NCBI GenBank assembly: GCA_965541615.1
Contig: CBEUCJ010000005.1
Coordinates: forward strand, 46,251 to 110,250
Direction of reading: 5' to 3'
From: an uncultured bacterium
GTDB lineage: Bacteria > Omnitrophota > Gorgyraeia > Duberdicusellales > CBEUCJ01
Length of the DNA: 64,000 bases
Numbering within the stretch: position 1 is the first letter of the stretch; each line of letters opens with the position of its first letter. This document shows positions 48,894 through 59,929 of the stretch, one piece after another. A program made the position numbers and the translations under genes. Under the pieces are notes generated by a model. The model was given only the letters and a program-made list of their open reading frames with translations. It did not search any database and was not told the DNA's origin.

Positions 48894-51533
48894 ATGAATT
48901 ATAAATTCTTAAAAGAAGCTGAATTTGAGTATAAAGATCCTTTCCCTTATTTTTACTTTCCTTTATGCAATGAAAAAGGATTAAAATCATGCATTACTCC
49001 TTTTCTTAGAGGAGACGTAAAGTTAGACCAAAAAAGATTTATAACTCCTCCTCAAACGAGATGGGATATCCAAACGAGTTTAGTATCTAGGAAAATATTC
49101 TTGTACCTTGATGGTAAAATTTTGAGTTTAAGTAAACTGCCTCCTCTACCCAAAGATGAAACTTTAAAAGTGGAAGCTGGTTTTCTTTACCATAAGATAG
49201 TAAGAGAATTTAAATCCCAAAATATTATCGTAGAAGTATTAAACTTTGTTCCTTTAGAAGATAACTTAGAAATAATGGTAGTAAATATAAAGAATGTTTC
49301 CCAAAAAACTCTTAAATTAGATGTACTAATAGGTGTTCCTCTTTATGGTAGGAGTGCAGATAATATTAGAGATCATCATCATGTAAGCTCTTTATTAAAC
49401 AGAATCTATAAATTTAAAAATTATGCAGTCTTAAAACCCACTTTAATTTTTGACGAAAGAGGACATAAACTTAATAAGACAGCTTACTTTGCTTTCTGTG
49501 TTTTTGAAAAAAAACAAAACCCAAAAATAACTTTAACTGCAGATGAATTTATAGGAGAAGGAAATTTGGAGGCACCTCAAATTTTATTAGAAAAAAATAT
49601 ATCTGAAGTAAATTATAAAGAAGGAAAAGAAGCATTCATTGGATTTAAAAAAAGCCTAAAATTACTCTGTAAGGAAAACAAATCTTTAATAACAGGTTTT
49701 GGAGCTCAAAACGATAAAAACAAAATTTCACAGATAATAAAAAAATATGATACTTTGGAAAAAATAAAAAAACACTTTGAGAAAACCAAAATATTTTGGA
49801 GAAAAAAGATCAACAGAATCTCTTTTTTTACAGGAGATCAAATTTTTGATAACTGGATAAAATGGGTACTTTTACAACCTATTTTAAGAAGAATTTATGG
49901 AAATTCTTTTTTACCTGATTTTGACTATGGAAGAGGAGGTAGAGGCTGGAGAGATTTATGGCAAGATCTTTTAACTTTGCTTTTTGTTGAACCTAAAAAA
50001 ACAAAATCACAAATAATTAATAACTTTAAAGGTGTCAGGATCGATGGAACTAATGCTACTATAATTACTTACGATGGAAATTTTATAGCTGACAGGAATA
50101 ACATCCCTAGAGTATGGTCAGATCATGGAGTGTGGCCTTTTTTCACTACAAATCTTTATATAAACTTTACAGGAGATATAGGGATTTTATTCAAAGAAGT
50201 AACTTACTGGCGTGATCATTTATTATTAAGAGCTAAAGAAACCGATTCTTATCAAAATATCCCAAAAAATAACTTATTAAAGACTTCTAAAGGTAAAATT
50301 TACAAAGGGACTATTTTAGAACATATTTTAGTGCAAAATTTAGTTTCATTTTTCAATGTTGGTCCTCACAATAACATAAAATTAGAAAATGCAGATTGGA
50401 ATGATGCTTTAGACTGCGCTCCTGATCTTGGAGAGAGTGTTGCTTTTACTCATTTTTATGCTTATAACTTAAAAGAATTAGCAAATCTTTTAAAGAAAGT
50501 TAAAGAAAATTTTGTAGAAATATTTGAAGAGCTCTTTCTGTTATTGGACACTTTAAATCATCCTTTAGATTACCAAAATCCACACAAGAAAAGAAAATTA
50601 TTAGAGGAATATTTGAATAGCACAAAGAGAGAGATCTCAGGCAAAAAAGTAAAGATTAAGACTGAAGATTTAATAAGAGATTTGGAAAGAAAAAGTAATT
50701 TCCTTTATTCTCATTTGAGAAACAAAGAATGGTTAGATTTTGGAGAATTTGGTTTTTTTAATGGATATTATGATAATAAATCTCAAAGAGTAGAAGGTGT
50801 TTTTGGTGATAAAGTAAAAATGACTTTAACAGGTCAAGTATTTGCCATAATGAGCAGAGTAGCTGATCCTGAAATGGTTAAAAAGATAATTAAAGCTGTT
50901 AAAATGTTTTTGTATGATAAAGAACTTAAAGGTTTTAGGCTAAATACAGATTTTAAAGAAATAAATTTGAATTTAGGAAGAGCTTTTGGATTTAGTTTTG
51001 GAGATAAAGAAAATGGAGCTTTCTTTTCTCATATGAATACTATGTTTAGTTATGCTTTATATGAACAAAATTTTATTAAGGAAGGATGGGGGGTATTAAA
51101 ATCTTTGTTTAAAATGGCTATTAGCAATAGAAATAAATCTTATCCTCTTTTACCTGAGTATTTTAACTCTGAGGGGCAAGGTTTATATTGGTATTTAACA
51201 GGATCTGCTAGTTGGTATATTTTTACTCTTTTAACTCAAGTTTTTGGAGTAAAAGGTGAATTTGGAGATTTAGTTTTAGAACCTAAATTTACTAAAGAAA
51301 ATTTTAAATCCTCTGAATTTTTAAGTTGTGAATTTAATTTCTGTGGCAAAAGAATCAAAGTAATTTATAATTTAAAGAAAGAAGATAAATCTAGGTACAA
51401 AATAGATTCAATAAAGATTGGAAATCATACTTACAAAGAGATTCAAAAAACAGCTTTTAGAGTAAAAATACCTAAAACTCTTTTAGAAAAATTTCCTTCT
51501 TATAAAATAAATATCTGCATAAATTTAATTTGA
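48894..51533 (+). CDS. GH94 glycoside phosphorylase, laminaribiose phosphorylase-like
   Basis: GRSADNIRDH, GRGGRGWRDLWQD, ADWNDALD (catalytic Asp region), KENGAFFSH, LTGSASW. Confidence 0.85.
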   Translation: MNYKFLKEAEFEYKDPFPYFYFPLCNEKGLKSCITPFLRGDVKLDQKRFITPPQTRWDIQTSLVSRKIFLYLDGKILSLSKLPPLPKDETLKVEAGFLYHKIVREFKSQNIIVEVLNFVPLEDNLEIMVVNIKNVSQKTLKLDVLIGVPLYGRSADNIRDHHHVSSLLNRIYKFKNYAVLKPTLIFDERGHKLNKTAYFAFCVFEKKQNPKITLTADEFIGEGNLEAPQILLEKNISEVNYKEGKEAFIGFKKSLKLLCKENKSLITGFGAQNDKNKISQIIKKYDTLEKIKKHFEKTKIFWRKKINRISFFTGDQIFDNWIKWVLLQPILRRIYGNSFLPDFDYGRGGRGWRDLWQDLLTLLFVEPKKTKSQIINNFKGVRIDGTNATIITYDGNFIADRNNIPRVWSDHGVWPFFTTNLYINFTGDIGILFKEVTYWRDHLLLRAKETDSYQNIPKNNLLKTSKGKIYKGTILEHILVQNLVSFFNVGPHNNIKLENADWNDALDCAPDLGESVAFTHFYAYNLKELANLLKKVKENFVEIFEELFLLLDTLNHPLDYQNPHKKRKLLEEYLNSTKREISGKKVKIKTEDLIRDLERKSNFLYSHLRNKEWLDFGEFGFFNGYYDNKSQRVEGVFGDKVKMTLTGQVFAIMSRVADPEMVKKIIKAVKMFLYDKELKGFRLNTDFKEINLNLGRAFGFSFGDKENGAFFSHMNTMFSYALYEQNFIKEGWGVLKSLFKMAISNRNKSYPLLPEYFNSEGQGLYWYLTGSASWYIFTLLTQVFGVKGEFGDLVLEPKFTKENFKSSEFLSCEFNFCGKRIKVIYNLKKEDKSRYKIDSIKIGNHTYKEIQKTAFRVKIPKTLLEKFPSYKINICINLI

Positions 51534-52154
51534 TTCTAAAAATTTTTTTAAGTCACCAGGTAAATCAGATTCTATTTTAATTTGTTTTTTTGTAACAGGA
51601 TGCCTAAATTCTATAGATTTTGCATGTAAGCACACTCTTTTAAATTTTAATTCAAAATCTTTTCTAAAACTAAATTTTGATTCTCCTACCAAAGGATGTC
51701 CTATCATTTTAAAGTGCCTTCTTATCTGATTCTTTCTACCAGTAAGTGTTCTTACTTCTACCACAGTAAAATTTTTTCTTCTTTCTAAAACTCTATAAAA
51801 AGTTAAAGCTGATTTATTATCTAACTTAAAATTTATTTTACCTTTATCTTGTTTTAAAACTCCTTGAACAAAAGCTATATAGACTTTTTTAACTTTTCTT
51901 CTTTGAAATTCTTTAGCTACTTTTTTTTGAATATCTTTACCTTTAGCATAAATTAAAACACCTGAAACTTCTTTATCTAGTCTATGGCAGGGATAAAACT
52001 TATAGTCAGAATTCTTGGGTCTGTATTCTTTATTCAAAATGTCTGTAAGAGTAGTCTCTTTTGAAGAGATAGGGGTTACTAAAAGATTTGGAGGTTTGTC
52101 TATTACTAAAAGATAATTATCTTCGTAAAGTATTCTAAACTCTTTCTTCTTCAA
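51525..52154 (-). CDS. RluA-family pseudouridine synthase (no S4 domain)
   Basis: IDKP, HRLDKEVSG, TGRKNQIR, LHA. Confidence 0.9.
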   Translation of the reverse strand: MKKKEFRILYEDNYLLVIDKPPNLLVTPISSKETTLTDILNKEYRPKNSDYKFYPCHRLDKEVSGVLIYAKGKDIQKKVAKEFQRRKVKKVYIAFVQGVLKQDKGKINFKLDNKSALTFYRVLERRKNFTVVEVRTLTGRKNQIRRHFKMIGHPLVGESKFSFRKDFELKFKRVCLHAKSIEFRHPVTKKQIKIESDLPGDLKKFLESN

Positions 52155-52155
52155 T

Positions 52156-53508
52156 TTAGATTTTTAAAATGAAACTAGCTATCTCAAAATATATAGCTAT
52201 TCCTATTATATCTATCAAAGTGGCTATCAAAGGAGAGGACATTAAAGCAGGATCTAGTTTCAGTCTTCTGAATAATAAAGGTAATAAAGCTCCGATCACT
52301 GTAGCAAATATAATAGTTACGCACATACTCACACCTACACTCACACTTAAGAGCCAATCTCCTCTTTGTAACAAAGCTCTCAGTAAACCAAATATTCCCA
52401 TTATTATTCCAATCAAAAAACCCATTCCAGCTTCCCTGATAATTACTTTTAAAAAATCTCTTAATTCTAAATCACCTGTAGCTAAACCTCTTATTATCAT
52501 GGTAGCAGATTGAGTACCTGCATTTCCTCCTGTAGCTATCAAGACAGGTAGAAAAAAGGTTAAAGAGACCATTCTTTTAATAGAGGTCGAATATCCTTGA
52601 AGAATGAAACCTGATAAAGATTCTAAGACTAACAACACAAATAACCAAAATGTTCTCTTCCAAGTGATCTCAAAGAATCCTGCTTCTAAATAAGGCTTTT
52701 CTACAGGGACTACCGCAGCTATCTTTTCAAAGTCTTCAGTAGCTTCTTCTTCCAAAACATCTACCAAATCATCAAAAGTTATTATCCCTAAAAGTTTATT
52801 CTCTTTATCTACAACAGGTAGAGCTATTAAATCATAATCTTTAAAAATTTTGGCAGCTTCTTCTTTATCAGTCAATACTCCCACTTTTATAACATTTTTG
52901 TCCATAATCTCTCTTACCTTTATTTCAGGAGAAGCTAAAACCAAATCTTTTAAAGATACAGCTCCTATTAATCTCTTATCTTTATCTAAAACATAACACT
53001 GATAAATAGTCTCTTTTTTTACTCCTACTCTTCTTATATGTTCTAAAGCTTCTTTTACAGACCAATCTTCTTGAAGTTGAATGAAATCAGGATTTAATAA
53101 TCTTCCTACAGAATTTTCAGGATAGTTAAGCAATTCAATAGCTCTTTTGCGTTCCTGAGGAGACAATAAAAATAGTAATTTTTTTACTAATTCGGCTGGC
53201 ATATCTTCAAAGAGATATGTTCTCTCATCTGGAGACATCTCATCTAAAATCTTTTTTGCTTCTTGACTCGACATAGATTTTAGCAATTTCTCTTGAATCT
53301 CATGCGAAAGGTATTCAAAGACTTCTGTAGAAAGAGTAGGGTTCAATAACCTGAAAAGTAAAATCTGTAAAGCAGGTTTATCTAATTCTTCTATGATTTT
53401 AGATATATCTTCTGGATGGAGAGAATTTAAGATCTGTTTTAACTCTTCAAACTTTTTTTCTTTTAAAAGAATTTTTATCTTTAAAAATAAATCTTTGTAA
53501 CCTTGCAT
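52156..53508 (-). CDS. mgtE: Magnesium transporter MgtE
   Basis: MgtE_N, CBS pair, EEEATED, GGNAGTQ, DPALMSSPLIATLID. Confidence 0.96.
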   Translation of the reverse strand: MQGYKDLFLKIKILLKEKKFEELKQILNSLHPEDISKIIEELDKPALQILLFRLLNPTLSTEVFEYLSHEIQEKLLKSMSSQEAKKILDEMSPDERTYLFEDMPAELVKKLLFLLSPQERKRAIELLNYPENSVGRLLNPDFIQLQEDWSVKEALEHIRRVGVKKETIYQCYVLDKDKRLIGAVSLKDLVLASPEIKVREIMDKNVIKVGVLTDKEEAAKIFKDYDLIALPVVDKENKLLGIITFDDLVDVLEEEATEDFEKIAAVVPVEKPYLEAGFFEITWKRTFWLFVLLVLESLSGFILQGYSTSIKRMVSLTFFLPVLIATGGNAGTQSATMIIRGLATGDLELRDFLKVIIREAGMGFLIGIIMGIFGLLRALLQRGDWLLSVSVGVSMCVTIIFATVIGALLPLLFRRLKLDPALMSSPLIATLIDIIGIAIYFEIASFILKI

Positions 53509-53517
53509 AGAATTTTT

Positions 53518-53546
53518 AGTTTATTTTAAATCTTTAATATTGTCAA
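53518..53546 (-). promoter_or_regulatory. Promoter for mgtE, near-leaderless
   Basis: TTGACA-17-TAAACT, 9 nt before ATG, no SD. Confidence 0.7.
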
Positions 53547-53551
53547 AAATT

Positions 53552-54370
53552 TTATTTAGAACAGTAAAATCCTTGAGAAACAGAATTAAATCTTATTCTT
53601 TTAAAACCTGCTCTCTTCAAATTCTTTTCGATAGTCTTAGAAAAATCTTTACCTTTTGTCTTTTGAGGTAAAGGAGAATAATGATAAAGATCTCCACCTT
53701 TTTTTAATACTCTATAAAGTTCATTATAAAATTCAAGTGAGTAAAGAAGAGGAGCTAATTTGAAGGTAGGGGGATCATGGATTATACAATCAAAAAACTC
53801 ATTAGGAAATTTTTTTATCTCTTTAAAGACATCTGCTTTTTTAAAAATTATCTTCTCATTTTTAAATAGATTATCCTTAATGGGATTTAACTTAGCTAAG
53901 AAGACTACATTCTCATCTTCTTCAAATGTATAGACTTTTTCAGCATTTTGTGAAGCAAAGATAGCTGTGTAACCTAAACCACAGCACGTATCTAAAACTT
54001 TACCTCTGATCTTTAAGAACCTTATTTTATTATAAACATCTTTTAAAGGTGAAGATTCTTTTATCTTGTGCATAGGTACACTCCCTATACACAAAGTAGG
54101 AAGATCAGCTGTTGGAAGGAGTTTATAAAATCTATTTCTCTTTTTGGAAAAGAAAGCTACAGGAAGTAATTTATTTCTTTTTACCAAATAACAAAAATTT
54201 TCTTTTACTTTTTCTTTTAAAGGGATCTTGCATTTATTTATTAAAAAATAATCGTCTGATATTTTAACTTCTGCTTCCTTTAGTCCAAAATCTAACTTTA
54301 TCTTTAATTTCTTTAAACCTTCCTTTTTTGCTTTTAGTAAAGTGTCCCATTCTGATTTAGTAATTAACAT
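53552..54370 (-). CDS. SAM-dependent methyltransferase, COG2521-like (mostly archaeal family)
   Basis: PTLCIGSVPMH, VLDTCCGLGYTAI, IIHDPP, LYSLEFYNELYRVLKKGG. Confidence 0.8.
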   Translation of the reverse strand: MLITKSEWDTLLKAKKEGLKKLKIKLDFGLKEAEVKISDDYFLINKCKIPLKEKVKENFCYLVKRNKLLPVAFFSKKRNRFYKLLPTADLPTLCIGSVPMHKIKESSPLKDVYNKIRFLKIRGKVLDTCCGLGYTAIFASQNAEKVYTFEEDENVVFLAKLNPIKDNLFKNEKIIFKKADVFKEIKKFPNEFFDCIIHDPPTFKLAPLLYSLEFYNELYRVLKKGGDLYHYSPLPQKTKGKDFSKTIEKNLKRAGFKRIRFNSVSQGFYCSK

Positions 54371-54825
54371 TCTTCATATTTTTTAAATATCTCTATTATT
54401 TCTTCCTTAGTCTCAGCTTTTAAAAGTCTTTCTCTGAAATCCTCTTTCCTTAATAGCCTTGAAAGATGAGCTAAAGTTTTTAGATAATTTTCCACATCGT
54501 CTTTGGGAGTACCTAATAAAAAAATGAGTTTGACAGGCTCTGAATCTATACTTTCAAAATCTACTCCTCTTTGAGATCTTCCAAAACATACTACAAATTT
54601 ATTAAGATAACTACTCCTTGCATGAGGGAGTGCTACTCCTTGACCAATACCTGTAGAACCTAATTTTTCTCTTTCAAAGACTTCTTCTACAAATTTATTA
54701 AAATCGGTTATCTCTGGACTCCCTTTTAAAAGTTCACACAATTCTCTTATTGCTTCCTCTTTCTTTTTAGACTTTAATTCTAAAATGATCCTTTCATCTT
54801 TAAGATACTCACTTATCTTATACAT
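54364..54825 (-). CDS. PTS IIA component (Ntr/fructose type)
   Basis: EREKLGSTGIGQGVALPHAR (phospho-His), GVDFESID.EPV. Confidence 0.92.
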   Translation of the reverse strand: MYKISEYLKDERIILELKSKKKEEAIRELCELLKGSPEITDFNKFVEEVFEREKLGSTGIGQGVALPHARSSYLNKFVVCFGRSQRGVDFESIDSEPVKLIFLLGTPKDDVENYLKTLAHLSRLLRKEDFRERLLKAETKEEIIEIFKKYEEC

Positions 54826-54859
54826 AGCTCCTAACCCCTCCTTTTGTTAAATTTTAAAG

Positions 54860-54887
54860 ATTATACTTCTATAAAAATCCTTTTCAA
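54860..54887 (-). promoter_or_regulatory. Promoter for PTS IIA-methyltransferase, leadered with SD
   Basis: TTGAAA-16-TATAAT, followed by an AGGAGG-containing leader. Confidence 0.6.
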
Positions 54888-54896
54888 GCATAAAAT

Positions 54897-55319
54897 CTAA
54901 ATAAGGAGTATAGAGCAATCTAATTTTTTTAAAATATCTTCTATTATCTTAGTATAGTAATGAAAGACTGAACCTGTATATTTGGGTAAGATTATAATAT
55001 CTGCGCCGAATTTTTTGTATGCTTTCAAAATCTCAGATTCTAAAATCCCTTCCTCTTGAACTAACAAAATCTTAACACCTTTTTCTTTTGCTAAATCCTC
55101 TAAATGATATAAATATTTCCAGCCATCTTCTTCTAAATCTACTAAGACTTCAGCTTCTCTTTTTTGAAGTTCTTTAGTTAAATTCCTAACGATATTCAGA
55201 TCTATCACATTGAAAGCGATAATCTCTGAATTTAAGGATTTTGCTAACTCCACAACTTTTTCTAAAATCTCTGGAGATTCTTTTGCTCCCCAGATTAAAA
55301 ATAACAATTTTTTGAACAT
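54897..55319 (-). CDS. Universal stress protein (UspA family)
   Basis: MFKKLL start, LAKEKGVKI, EG...SEIL..Y...ADIII, LDCSILLI end. Confidence 0.8.
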   Translation of the reverse strand: MFKKLLFLIWGAKESPEILEKVVELAKSLNSEIIAFNVIDLNIVRNLTKELQKREAEVLVDLEEDGWKYLYHLEDLAKEKGVKILLVQEEGILESEILKAYKKFGADIIILPKYTGSVFHYYTKIIEDILKKLDCSILLI

Positions 55320-55320
55320 C

Positions 55321-55938
55321 TTACCTCCTTTTTGTCTTTATCAATTTACTTCTGAAAAAATTTTCCTTCTCATTTTCTTCTAAAACCTCTTCTATAAACT
55401 TTATTCTACTTTTAAATTCAGGGATAAATATATTCTCTAAAGCTTTCAATCTTTTTTGAGTTTTTAAAAGTTCATTTGCTACTCTAAATAAAGAAAAATT
55501 TAACTCTACATAATTTAAAAGTAATGGTAAAAGCTCTGAAAGACTATCGATAAACTCATCGAATTCTTTACAGCTGAATAAAGGCGAGCAAAAATTAATT
55601 TTAAAATCCTCTTTTATAACAAAATGAGGAATATGCACTCCCATTATACTTTTCTCTATAGAGGTTATTTGGGGAGGAGTAACTTTTAAAAACTTAAGGA
55701 ACTTTAACTTTTCATTTCCTATCTTCTTTTTTAAGACCTCATATTTTTTGTATATATTTTCTAAGAATTCTTCTACTCTGCTTTTTATCTCTTTTATTTC
55801 AAAACCTATCTTTAAGAGTTCTCTTGTTAAAACTTCTCTTTTTCTATCTAAGAGTTTTACTCCCTCTTGAGCTAACTTTAACTCCTCTTTTAATCTTAAA
55901 AGATTTATTTTGGTGGGCAAAAATCTATATTCATTCAT
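55321..55938 (-). CDS. V/A-type ATPase subunit D
   Basis: [35 protein letters not shown]. Confidence 0.93.
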   Translation of the reverse strand: MNEYRFLPTKINLLRLKEELKLAQEGVKLLDRKREVLTRELLKIGFEIKEIKSRVEEFLENIYKKYEVLKKKIGNEKLKFLKFLKVTPPQITSIEKSIMGVHIPHFVIKEDFKINFCSPLFSCKEFDEFIDSLSELLPLLLNYVELNFSLFRVANELLKTQKRLKALENIFIPEFKSRIKFIEEVLEENEKENFFRSKLIKTKRR

Positions 55939-57311
55939 ATCTTAGAATAGTACTTTTCAATCTCTTCAGGAGTTACTCTGTTCAATTCTTGGACAGGTAA
56001 AACTCTCAGAGTCTTCCATCCTATATTCAAAGTATCTTGAATACTTCTTTCTTCATTGAATCCTTGGTTAATAAATTCATTTTCAAATACTCTACCAAAT
56101 TCCAAATAGGATTTATCTAAAGGAGTTAAGTCTTCTTCACCTATTATAGAAGCTAAATTTTCTATATTCTTTGCTTGAGAATAAGCATAGTACAACTGAG
56201 AAGCTAAATGTAAATGATCTGAACGTGTTTTACCATTTCCTACACCATCTTTCATTAATCTGGAAAGAGAAAATAAGATATCTATTGGTGGGTATATCCC
56301 TTTTTGATGAAGACTTAAAGACAAGACTATCTGACCTTCTGTAATGTAACCTGTTAAATCTGGTATGGGATGAGTAATATCTAAATTAGGCATAGTTAAA
56401 ATTGGGATTTGAGTAATAGAACCTCTCTTTCCTTTAATTCTGCCTGTCCTTTCATAGATAGAAGCTAAATCTGTATACATGTATCCTGGATAACCTTTTC
56501 TTGAAGGGATCTCTTCTTTAAATGAAGCTATCTCTCTTAATGCTTGACAGTAATTAGTCATATCTGTAAGAATAACTAAAACATGATAGTCTTTTTCAAA
56601 AGCTAAATATTCTGCCAAAGTTAAAGCTAATCTTGGGGTTAAAATTCTTTCTTCAGGTGGAGATTCAACTAAATTTAAAAACAAAACACTTCTTAAAGCT
56701 TGCCCTGAAGACTTAAAATTTTCTATAAAAAATTGAGCCTCTTCTTTTTTTAAACCAATCCCTGCTAAAATCACACAAAATTTCTCACTCGTTTTTAACA
56801 CTTTGGCTTGCCTTAAAATCTGAGCAGCTAACTTATTGTGAGGAAGACCTGCACCTGAAAATATCCCTATTTTTTGTCCTCTGATAATAGAATTGAGACC
56901 ATCTATAGCTGAAATTCCTGTTTGAATAAATTCTGAAGGATATTCTCTTGCGCAAGGATTTATAGGCAAACCATTAATATCTCTCTTTTCTTTTGTATAG
57001 ACAGGAGGTGCCCCATCAATAGGTGTACCTTTTCCATCGAAGATCCTACCTAACATTTCTTCTGAAACCCCTAATAAAAAAGGTCTTCCTAAAAATTTTA
57101 TTCTTGTATTCTCTAAAGATAGTGAATGAGTAGGTCCAAATACCTGAATAAGAACGAAATCTTTTGTAATCTTTAAAACTCTGCCTGTCTGAATGTTACC
57201 TGAATTATCTTTAATCTCAACTATCTCACCTAAACTTATATCTTGAGAAGTCTCTAAAACTATTATAGGACCATAAATTTTACTAACACCTATGAATTCT
57301 TTCTCACTCAT
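55935..57311 (-). CDS. V/A-type ATPase subunit B
   Basis: [46 protein letters not shown]. Confidence 0.96.
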   Translation of the reverse strand: MSEKEFIGVSKIYGPIIVLETSQDISLGEIVEIKDNSGNIQTGRVLKITKDFVLIQVFGPTHSLSLENTRIKFLGRPFLLGVSEEMLGRIFDGKGTPIDGAPPVYTKEKRDINGLPINPCAREYPSEFIQTGISAIDGLNSIIRGQKIGIFSGAGLPHNKLAAQILRQAKVLKTSEKFCVILAGIGLKKEEAQFFIENFKSSGQALRSVLFLNLVESPPEERILTPRLALTLAEYLAFEKDYHVLVILTDMTNYCQALREIASFKEEIPSRKGYPGYMYTDLASIYERTGRIKGKRGSITQIPILTMPNLDITHPIPDLTGYITEGQIVLSLSLHQKGIYPPIDILFSLSRLMKDGVGNGKTRSDHLHLASQLYYAYSQAKNIENLASIIGEEDLTPLDKSYLEFGRVFENEFINQGFNEERSIQDTLNIGWKTLRVLPVQELNRVTPEEIEKYYSKI

Positions 57312-59058
57312 ATTCTCTTTCTAAATAGCTGAGTTGAGTATCTATTGCTCGTCTTAAATCTTTAAATCTATCTAAATCTTTATCAGTAATCTCTATTTTG
57401 GCTCTTAAAAGTTCATTTACTACAGGAATTTTGATTATCTTAGAGACAGGAATTTTCTTCTTCAATAATTTTTGGGCTCTTTCATAAAAATATATTAAAG
57501 TGTGCATTAATTCTAACTGCTTTTGAGGTGAACAAAAATTATCTCTTTCTTCAAAAGCTAATTGTTGTAAAAAACCTTCTTTTATCAACTTAGCACTAAA
57601 TAACAAGAGTTTTTGTGGATCAGGCAGAGCTTCTGTACCTATCAATCTTACTATTTTTTGAAGATTCTCATCTTCTTTTAGTATTCTCATAGCTTTCTTT
57701 CTCAACTCTGACCATTTTATACCTTCAGATTGAGCATCCCACCATTCAGATAACTTTTCAATAAATTCTGAATAACTTTGAATCCAACTAATTGCAGGGA
57801 AATGTCTTTGAGAAGCTAATTCTTTATCTAAAATCCATAAAGTATTAACTAACTGCTTAGAATAGACAGTAACTGGTTCTGAAAAATCACCTCCTGGAGG
57901 AGAGACTGCTCCCACAACGGTTACAGAACCTTCTCTGGATTCAGTAACTTTACATCTTCCTGCTCTTTCATAAAATTCAGCTAATCTTGAAGCTAAATAC
58001 GCAGGATAACCTTCTTCAGCAGGTATCTCTTCTAATCTTGCTGAAATTTCTCTTAGAGCTTCAGCCCATCTTGAAGTGGAATCTGCCATTAAAGCTACAT
58101 TGTAACCTTGATCTCTAAAATACTCTGCAATGGTAATACCTGTATAGATTGAAGCTTCACGGGCTGTTACTGGCATATTAGAGGTGTTAGCTATTAAGAT
58201 AGTTCTTTCTAATAGAGGTCTTTTAGTCTTAGGGTCTTTTAATACAGGAAAATCTTTTAAAACTTGAGTCATCTCATTGCCCCTTTCACCACATCCTATA
58301 TAGATTATAATATCTACATCTGAAAACTTAGCTAATTGATGTTGTAAAACAGTCTTTCCTGTTCCAAAACCTCCTGGAATTATAGCTCTACCACCTTTTG
58401 CTAAAGGGAAAAAGAAATCCAAAACTCTTTGACCAGTTATTAAAGGTTCAGAAGCTGGTAAATATCTTAAAACAGGTCTCTTTTTTCTAACTGGCCATTT
58501 TGTATACATTTTTACCTCATAGATCTTATCTTCATCTTGAATTTTACAGATCGTCTCTGAAATTTTATATTCTCCTTCTCTGGCTATTTCTATCACTCTC
58601 CCTTTCATTTTAAGAGGGACCATAATCTTGTGGGTAATCAAAAAAGTTTCAGGGACTTCTCCTATGATATCTAATTCTTTTAAATAATCTCCTGGCTTTA
58701 CTTTTGGAATAAACCTCCATTTTCTTTCTTTGTTTAAAGTCTCAAAGGTAAACCCTTTTTTTATAAAATATGATTCTTTTAAAAACTCCTGTAAAGGTCT
58801 TCCTAATCCATCTAAAACCTTACCTATTAAACCTGGTCCTAATTCTATAGATAAAAACTCTCCTGAAGGTTTCACCTCATCACCTATCTTTAAACCTGTT
58901 GTATCTTCATACACTTGAATAGTAGCTATCTCTTTGTTTAAACTAATTATCTCACCTATCAGATTTTCTTTGCCTACATAGACTAACTCTCCTATAAAAG
59001 AGTTCTTTAAACCTTTAGCTTTAACTACTAAACCCCAAGCTTCTATAACTTCAGGCAT
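57304..59058 (-). CDS. V/A-type ATPase subunit A
   Basis: [45 protein letters not shown]; no intein visible. Confidence 0.97.
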   Translation of the reverse strand: MPEVIEAWGLVVKAKGLKNSFIGELVYVGKENLIGEIISLNKEIATIQVYEDTTGLKIGDEVKPSGEFLSIELGPGLIGKVLDGLGRPLQEFLKESYFIKKGFTFETLNKERKWRFIPKVKPGDYLKELDIIGEVPETFLITHKIMVPLKMKGRVIEIAREGEYKISETICKIQDEDKIYEVKMYTKWPVRKKRPVLRYLPASEPLITGQRVLDFFFPLAKGGRAIIPGGFGTGKTVLQHQLAKFSDVDIIIYIGCGERGNEMTQVLKDFPVLKDPKTKRPLLERTILIANTSNMPVTAREASIYTGITIAEYFRDQGYNVALMADSTSRWAEALREISARLEEIPAEEGYPAYLASRLAEFYERAGRCKVTESREGSVTVVGAVSPPGGDFSEPVTVYSKQLVNTLWILDKELASQRHFPAISWIQSYSEFIEKLSEWWDAQSEGIKWSELRKKAMRILKEDENLQKIVRLIGTEALPDPQKLLLFSAKLIKEGFLQQLAFEERDNFCSPQKQLELMHTLIYFYERAQKLLKKKIPVSKIIKIPVVNELLRAKIEITDKDLDRFKDLRRAIDTQLSYLEREYE

Positions 59059-59632
59059 TTTCTAAAATCTCTAAAATCTCTACCTTTAACTCTTCTTTGA
59101 ATCTGTTTAGTCTTTCTTCAAAAGAATTGTTAAATAATTTTTCTTTGTTTTCTGAAAAGATTATGACTCCTCCCAGGATATTCTGAAATTCTATATTTAT
59201 TACCTCTATACCTTGTGCTTTAAGATCTTTTACTATTTGAGATAAAATTTTTTCAGAATCTTTATTAACTCTGAGTATTATCCTTTTAGCATTCAAGTTC
59301 TGACATCCTTGGAGGATTAAATTTTTAAAAGAAATCTCTAAATCCTCTTTTTCAATATTACTTAATTCTTCTTCTACTTCTTTAAAGACAGCTTCTATTA
59401 ATTCATCTTTTGCTTTTAATTCTTTTAACTTAAACTCTAATTCTATTTCTGAAAATGCGCTTTGCTTTTTCTCCTCAATAAATTTATCTATTTTCTCTTT
59501 TTCTTTAGTTAACTCTGCTTCTTTTTTCTTGTTAGCCAAAATCAACTCACGCTCTGCTATTTTGTGAGCTCTTCTAATTATTCTTTCTATTTCTCTTTCT
59601 GTCCTTTTTTTAATCTCCTCTTTAATATTCAT
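59051..59632 (-). CDS. V/A-type ATPase subunit E
   Basis: N-terminal coiled coil, ILGGVII...NNSFEERL. Confidence 0.88.
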   Translation of the reverse strand: MNIKEEIKKRTEREIERIIRRAHKIAERELILANKKKEAELTKEKEKIDKFIEEKKQSAFSEIELEFKLKELKAKDELIEAVFKEVEEELSNIEKEDLEISFKNLILQGCQNLNAKRIILRVNKDSEKILSQIVKDLKAQGIEVINIEFQNILGGVIIFSENKEKLFNNSFEERLNRFKEELKVEILEILENA

Positions 59633-59928
59633 AATTTTACTCCTGAAATTAGACTTAATATTTTTCTCACTTCAAATACTTGTTTTTCTCTGTAGTGAGG
59701 AGAAGGAACTTCCAAAATCACTGCCTTTTTGCTTTTCAATTTAATCTCTTGAACTTTATTTGGTATTTCTTTATAGATCTTTTGAGAAAGGAGTACCAAA
59801 CATTCACTCTCACTCATCTTTTCTAAGAATTTAAGGACTTCTTGGGGAGATTCACTACAAAATACATCTATACCTAAAAATTCAAATACCTCGCAGAACT
59901 CTTTTTCTCCAACGACTTTTATCTCCAT
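59629..59928 (-). CDS. V/A-type ATPase subunit F
   Basis: IKVVGE...FEFLGI, ILEVP, ISGVKL end; 99 aa. Confidence 0.85.
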   Translation of the reverse strand: MEIKVVGEKEFCEVFEFLGIDVFCSESPQEVLKFLEKMSESECLVLLSQKIYKEIPNKVQEIKLKSKKAVILEVPSPHYREKQVFEVRKILSLISGVKL

Positions 59929-59929
59929 T

